Below are positions 46,511-50,307 of a DNA stretch of 50,307 nucleotides, one piece after another. The number at the start of each line of letters is the position of its first letter. Positions within the stretch are counted from its first letter, which is position 1. The notes beneath the pieces are model-generated. The model made no database searches. It was not told the DNA's origin and worked only from the letters and a program-made list of their open reading frames with translations. Origin of the DNA: a virus (taxonomy: Duplodnaviria; Caudoviricetes); IMG/VR virus record IMGVR_UViG_3300037045_000218, positions 1 to 50,307 of that record; one strand, 5' to 3'. A program made the position numbers and the translations under genes.

Positions 46511-46951
46511 ATGGAAAAACGAAATGCAATTATCTATGTTGATGGCAGTTACAACCCCAATACGCGTGTGATCGGGTGTGGTGTTGCGCTATTCGATGGA
46601 GTTAGTAACAGGCCACACCGGTTAGCGTTCAACAAGCTACTAAAATCACAAGCGAAGTATGGTTCATGTATTGCTGAAATGACCGCCACCAAAACAGCCA
46701 TTAAAACAGCACGATCCTTAGGCTTTACACACATCGATATTTTTCATGATTGGAATGGCGTAGATCATTTTTCCTACCGCGACAACATTAAAAAGCGCCA
46801 CTTCTTGTGCCGAAGCTTTGCCTCGTATGCAGACTTTGTTGAAGAAGCCAGGAAATACTTGATGATTAATTTCATCAAAGTCAAAGCACATTCTGGCAAC
46901 AAACTTAACAATTTAGTTGACAAGATGGCTAAAGCTGGAAAGGCGAATTAA
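46511..46951 (+). CDS. RNase HI-like protein (antisense moron)
   Basis: IYVDGS, IAE, IFHD, KVKAHSG...N.LVDKMAK give the DEDD set. Confidence 0.85.
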   Translation: MEKRNAIIYVDGSYNPNTRVIGCGVALFDGVSNRPHRLAFNKLLKSQAKYGSCIAEMTATKTAIKTARSLGFTHIDIFHDWNGVDHFSYRDNIKKRHFLCRSFASYADFVEEARKYLMINFIKVKAHSGNKLNNLVDKMAKAGKAN

Positions 46952-48132
46952 CTTACATTGTCTTGCTTTATCAACAACAGAGTCTCCGCTTCTTTTCTTA
47001 GGGACGAATACATGTCAACTCTCTCCCAGGGAAACAGACTCGAGTTGAAATGTCCATATGTTGCTGTGTCTGAATATATTGCATTTCGCAGACTAAGCTT
47101 CTCGATGATCGCTGCCGGTCGAAGATTGAACACTTCATTGACTATATCTGTTAACTCTTCATCGGTTAACTTACTAGTAGTGAAGGATGTCACGCCTACA
47201 GACACGGGGTTTGCTTTGCCGATTGCATAAGAAAGAGCGACCTCGCATTTTTCAGAAAGACCGCTCCAGACGATGTTCTTTGCAATATACCTGGCCATAT
47301 AGGCACCGCTTCGATCGACTTTGGTTGGATCCTTTCCACAAAGAGCTCCTCCTCCATGCGAAGCAAGTCCGCCGTAGGTATCGACCATAATCTTCCTCCC
47401 GGTAAGACCCGTGTCAGCAGCAGGACCACCCTCGACAAATCTGCCGGATGGATTGATGAGAATCTCGGTCTCGTCATCAAATGGGAAGTCTTCAAAACAC
47501 TGCCAAAGCACGTTGCTTAAGATGTCCGATTTCAGCTGTTCTTGTGTTTTGTCCTTGTCGTGCTGAACGGATACCACAATGGTTTTCACACGCGCTGGTT
47601 TACCGTTTTCATACTCGATGGTGATCTGTGCTTTCCCATCGGGCATTATGCCTTTGATGAGTTTACCTCTACGGCAGTCGTCGATGCGTTTTACGATTCG
47701 ATGAGACAGGATCAAAGGCAGCGGAAGCATCTCGTTGGTTTCGTCAGTCGCATAGCCGTAAACGGTTCCCTGGTCGCCAGCACCGGTAGTACCATAAGGA
47801 TCGATGATCCCATTTCTTGCTTCAAGCGCAGTGTCCACCCCGGAAGAAATATCCATGCTTTGACGATGTACAAACACAAATACTGTATACTTCCACGGGT
47901 TATAACCAACCTCACGAAGCACATTTCTCACTATATAGCGAATGTCTACTTTTCCGCTGCAGGTGATTTCGCCCGCCACGATGATTTTGCCATTGGTCGC
48001 AATAACCTCGCAGGCCACTCGGGAAGCTCGATCTTTACGAAGACAAGCATCTAGAATACTGTCGGCGATTAGGTCGCATAGTTTATCCGGGTGTCCTTTA
48101 CAAACGCTCTCTGCTGTTTTATAAGAAATCAT
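46948..48132 (-). CDS. metK: S-adenosylmethionine synthetase (phage-encoded)
   Basis: ESVCKGHPDK, GAGDQG, GLTGRKI, GGGALCGKDPTKVDRS. Confidence 0.96.
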   Translation of the reverse strand: MISYKTAESVCKGHPDKLCDLIADSILDACLRKDRASRVACEVIATNGKIIVAGEITCSGKVDIRYIVRNVLREVGYNPWKYTVFVFVHRQSMDISSGVDTALEARNGIIDPYGTTGAGDQGTVYGYATDETNEMLPLPLILSHRIVKRIDDCRRGKLIKGIMPDGKAQITIEYENGKPARVKTIVVSVQHDKDKTQEQLKSDILSNVLWQCFEDFPFDDETEILINPSGRFVEGGPAADTGLTGRKIMVDTYGGLASHGGGALCGKDPTKVDRSGAYMARYIAKNIVWSGLSEKCEVALSYAIGKANPVSVGVTSFTTSKLTDEELTDIVNEVFNLRPAAIIEKLSLRNAIYSDTATYGHFNSSLFPWERVDMYSSLRKEAETLLLIKQDNVS

Positions 48133-48136
48133 ATTA

Positions 48137-48688
48137 TCATTTTCCTTTCCTGGCGGATAAAAGCCGCTCCATAACATCATCTTGCGGGTTGGCACCTTTG
48201 TAATCACCGGTGCAGTTTTCCTTAACGATCTGGAATAATTCAAACCAAAGACGATTGGTCTGGTTCATGTAGTTCTGACCCATCGCTACATAGGGACTCT
48301 GTATCGCATTTCCCGTGGTAGGGTGTTTCGCTAGAAAACCATATTCAGTTACCGCCTCCTCGCACTGAATCCAACGAGCCACACTCATGGCATAGCGTTC
48401 CAAAAGCTGTGGTGATACGAGAGCAGCACAACCTCGATCATTAAGCCACTGCCAGGTGGACTTGTATATTTCACTCGCCGTAAGGGACTTGCCGTCTTTT
48501 TGTATTGCCTCGAGCATCTTGTTTGGTTCGGGCATCGCTTGTCCTTTAAGGTCTGCAGTATCAGAAAACTCCATGACCGTCAGCTTTCTACCTCCGGGAT
48601 TGCCTTCAGCTATTTTATCAGCTAGAGCCTTTTTCTTTGCTCCTGCGCCAACGCGAGCACCACCTCGACTTGAACCGTCATTTGCCAT
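48137..48688 (-). CDS. terS: Terminase small subunit (P27 family)
   Basis: RGGARVGAG, GNPGGRKL, IQSPYV. Confidence 0.88.
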   Translation of the reverse strand: MANDGSSRGGARVGAGAKKKALADKIAEGNPGGRKLTVMEFSDTADLKGQAMPEPNKMLEAIQKDGKSLTASEIYKSTWQWLNDRGCAALVSPQLLERYAMSVARWIQCEEAVTEYGFLAKHPTTGNAIQSPYVAMGQNYMNQTNRLWFELFQIVKENCTGDYKGANPQDDVMERLLSARKGK

Positions 48689-48719
48689 ACCGTTCACCTC
48701 TCTTTGCCGGTTGAGGCTA

Positions 48720-48800
48720 TTACCTCGTTTGAATCTGCGTTTTTTAACACGAAGCCCCACGCCGCTGTCCATCTTTGATAGTTCCGGAGATTTGACTACC
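48720..48800. other. Probable cos packaging region
   Basis: GC-rich tract between HNH and terS, the usual cos position in HK97-like phages. Confidence 0.45.
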
Positions 48801-49152
48801 CCCACCGGTCACCGTTTTCGGCAGTGATGCTGGAGTGACATGATTTACACAGCGCCATGAGATTGCTCGCTTCATTTCCACCACCTTTGGAGAGTGGACG
48901 GATGTGGTGTACCTCTTCAGCGAGTGCGAGCCTGTCTTGCTTCTGACACTCCTCGCACAGAGGATGTGCTTTTATGTATCTGTCACGAATCCTTTTCCAA
49001 GACCGGCCATAGCGTTTGTTTGATGCAGGGTCGCGTTCAAACTGGTTATAGCGTTTATCCATGACTTTCTTATGGTCGGCACAGTATTGCTCGTGTTCAG
49101 CAAGCCGAACGCACCCTGGATAAGCACAAGGACGTTTAGGTTTGTAGGGCAT
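48796..49152 (-). CDS. Packaging-associated HNH endonuclease
   Basis: HPLCEEC, VHHIRPLSKGG...NLMALCKSCH; precedes terS. Confidence 0.92.
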   Translation of the reverse strand: MPYKPKRPCAYPGCVRLAEHEQYCADHKKVMDKRYNQFERDPASNKRYGRSWKRIRDRYIKAHPLCEECQKQDRLALAEEVHHIRPLSKGGGNEASNLMALCKSCHSSITAENGDRWG

Positions 49153-49289
49153 AAGGTCACCTCCTTTTTGGCATAAGAAAAGCCTTCACGGATTCATTTC
49201 CGCGAAGGCGCTTGCTACAGCTTTCAATGTGTTTGTCTGGTTTCGCAAAAGTAACTTAGTCTTTTCCTCGTTCTTAAGAAGTAAATAAA

Positions 49290-49781
49290 CTATTTATCCC
49301 CACCTTGAATTAATACGGTTCCACCAACAAATACGAGTGCGATCAAGGCTAGAGTGCTAGCGCCAATGACACCTTTATTGAACAATCCATCAAGAAATTT
49401 TTTGTTCTCACTATCTTTCTCAAAATCTTGGTCTGCAGTCTCCATAATCAATTCATAAAGTCTATTTTTCTCTTCAAATGTTAAATCCTCATTGTTCAAT
49501 TCACCTTTAAGTATTTCTCTGACATCGTGATAGGCACTATGAACAGTTTCTTGACTTTGTTTGTTAGATTTCACAGTTGTTTCGTGTTCTTTCTCCATGG
49601 TTTTTAATGCATCTAATGCAAATTTGGTGAATTCTGGTAACTGTTTTATTCGATTTAAAATAACTTCTTTATCCATTTCAGGCATCATTGCAGCAAATTT
49701 TACTATTTTGTCTTTAGAAAGCTTTTTCCATGAATCGATATTAAGCGCTTTCTTAATCTCATCATCACTCTTAAATTTCAT
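49290..49781 (-). CDS. Hypothetical coiled-coil protein with C-terminal TM helix (moron)
   Basis: 163-aa AT-rich ORF with GGAGG RBS. Confidence 0.65.
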   Translation of the reverse strand: MKFKSDDEIKKALNIDSWKKLSKDKIVKFAAMMPEMDKEVILNRIKQLPEFTKFALDALKTMEKEHETTVKSNKQSQETVHSAYHDVREILKGELNNEDLTFEEKNRLYELIMETADQDFEKDSENKKFLDGLFNKGVIGASTLALIALVFVGGTVLIQGGDK

Positions 49782-49820
49782 TTGTGACCTCCATAATGAT
49801 ATTTTTACTCAAGATGCTCC

Positions 49821-50307
49821 TTAGAGCGTTTTAAAGATTATTAGTGAAGGCTCATCTTCTGTTATTTTTGCATCATTCGAAATTCGTTTAGCCGCACGGT
49901 ACCACTTACTTATATACTTGTCATTGAGAAATTCTTGATTATTTTCAATAGTCATCAAAAACCATGATAACATTCCATCCCAAGTTGTTATATTCCCACC
50001 AGAGACAATAATCCAGTCAAGTTCCTCAATTGTAAAGTTTGCCTTAGCACTGTTCCTCAAAAAAGATGTTGTTAACCAATTACTTTCATCATCGACACCA
50101 CCTCTTGCAATGGGTACCACATGATCAATCGTTGGTGCCAATTCCCAGTATGCAATATGACACTCATCCATTTTCCAATTTTTGTGATAAGGAAATTCAT
50201 TAGGCATCATCTTGGATAACAATTTCAGTGTACCTGGAAACACTAGTTTTTTCCCTGAATATCTATCTATGAAACCGTCCCTAACAAAAACTTTAAGCGC
50301 TTGATAA
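49821..50307 (-). CDS. HNH endonuclease (5' part outside window)
   Basis: VFVRDGFIDRYSG upstream in frame; TIDHVVPIARGG...N...N.AK. Confidence 0.8.
   Translation of the reverse strand, partial: YQALKVFVRDGFIDRYSGKKLVFPGTLKLLSKMMPNEFPYHKNWKMDECHIAYWELAPTIDHVVPIARGGVDDESNWLTTSFLRNSAKANFTIEELDWIIVSGGNITTWDGMLSWFLMTIENNQEFLNDKYISKWYRAAKRISNDAKITEDEPSLIIFKTL

Larger units (their letters stand above)
1780..50307 (-). mobile_element. HK97-like siphoviral prophage with serine-recombinase module and extensive accessory cargo (continues beyond right edge; left boundary approximate)
   Basis: Complete packaging, head, tail and lysis gene order plus two large serine recombinases, co-oriented. Confidence 0.93.

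Noticed and set aside
46284-46951. Retron (ncRNA + RNase H)
   Set aside because: No reverse transcriptase in the window and no long a1/a2 inverted repeat enclosing the leader
551-49824. Numerous short plus-strand and nested ORFs in the ORF track
   Set aside because: Antisense or out-of-frame shadows of well-supported minus-strand genes, without recognisable motifs
1-50307. tRNA or rRNA genes
   Set aside because: No cloverleaf or rRNA-like sequence recognised by eye

Overview
Most of the window (~1.8 kb to the right edge, almost all on the minus strand) is a clostridial-type HK97-like siphoviral prophage. Its order is HNH, cos-like region, terS, metK, DNA methyltransferase, terL, portal, ClpP protease, capsid, neck, tail, holin and endolysin, followed by a small ORF plus two large serine recombinases. 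The replication/early module lies beyond the window. Left of it are an aldo/keto reductase and the start of an IS1182-like element. AT-rich accessory genes, many of them candidate anti-phage nucleases, fill at least five slots in the virion operon and two longer arrays (2.1-9.0 kb and 13.0-20.9 kb): DUF262+HEPN, GmrSD, SRA-HNH, other HNH, NERD, PD-(D/E)XK, FRG-HEPN, an alpha-barrel/TOPRIM fusion and an antisense RNase H. The most unusual signal is non-coding. Intergenic spacers of the 13-21 kb array carry stacked, degenerate copies of the two halves of the rlmD/rumA 3' end (DMFPxT / HVETVVLMSR), a known serine-recombinase target. Both arrays also have homologous ~80 bp promoter modules in front of a restriction-type gene. 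This suggests integron-like accretion of defence cassettes through att sites, which is an inference and untested. All family calls come from motif recognition by eye; no searches were run.
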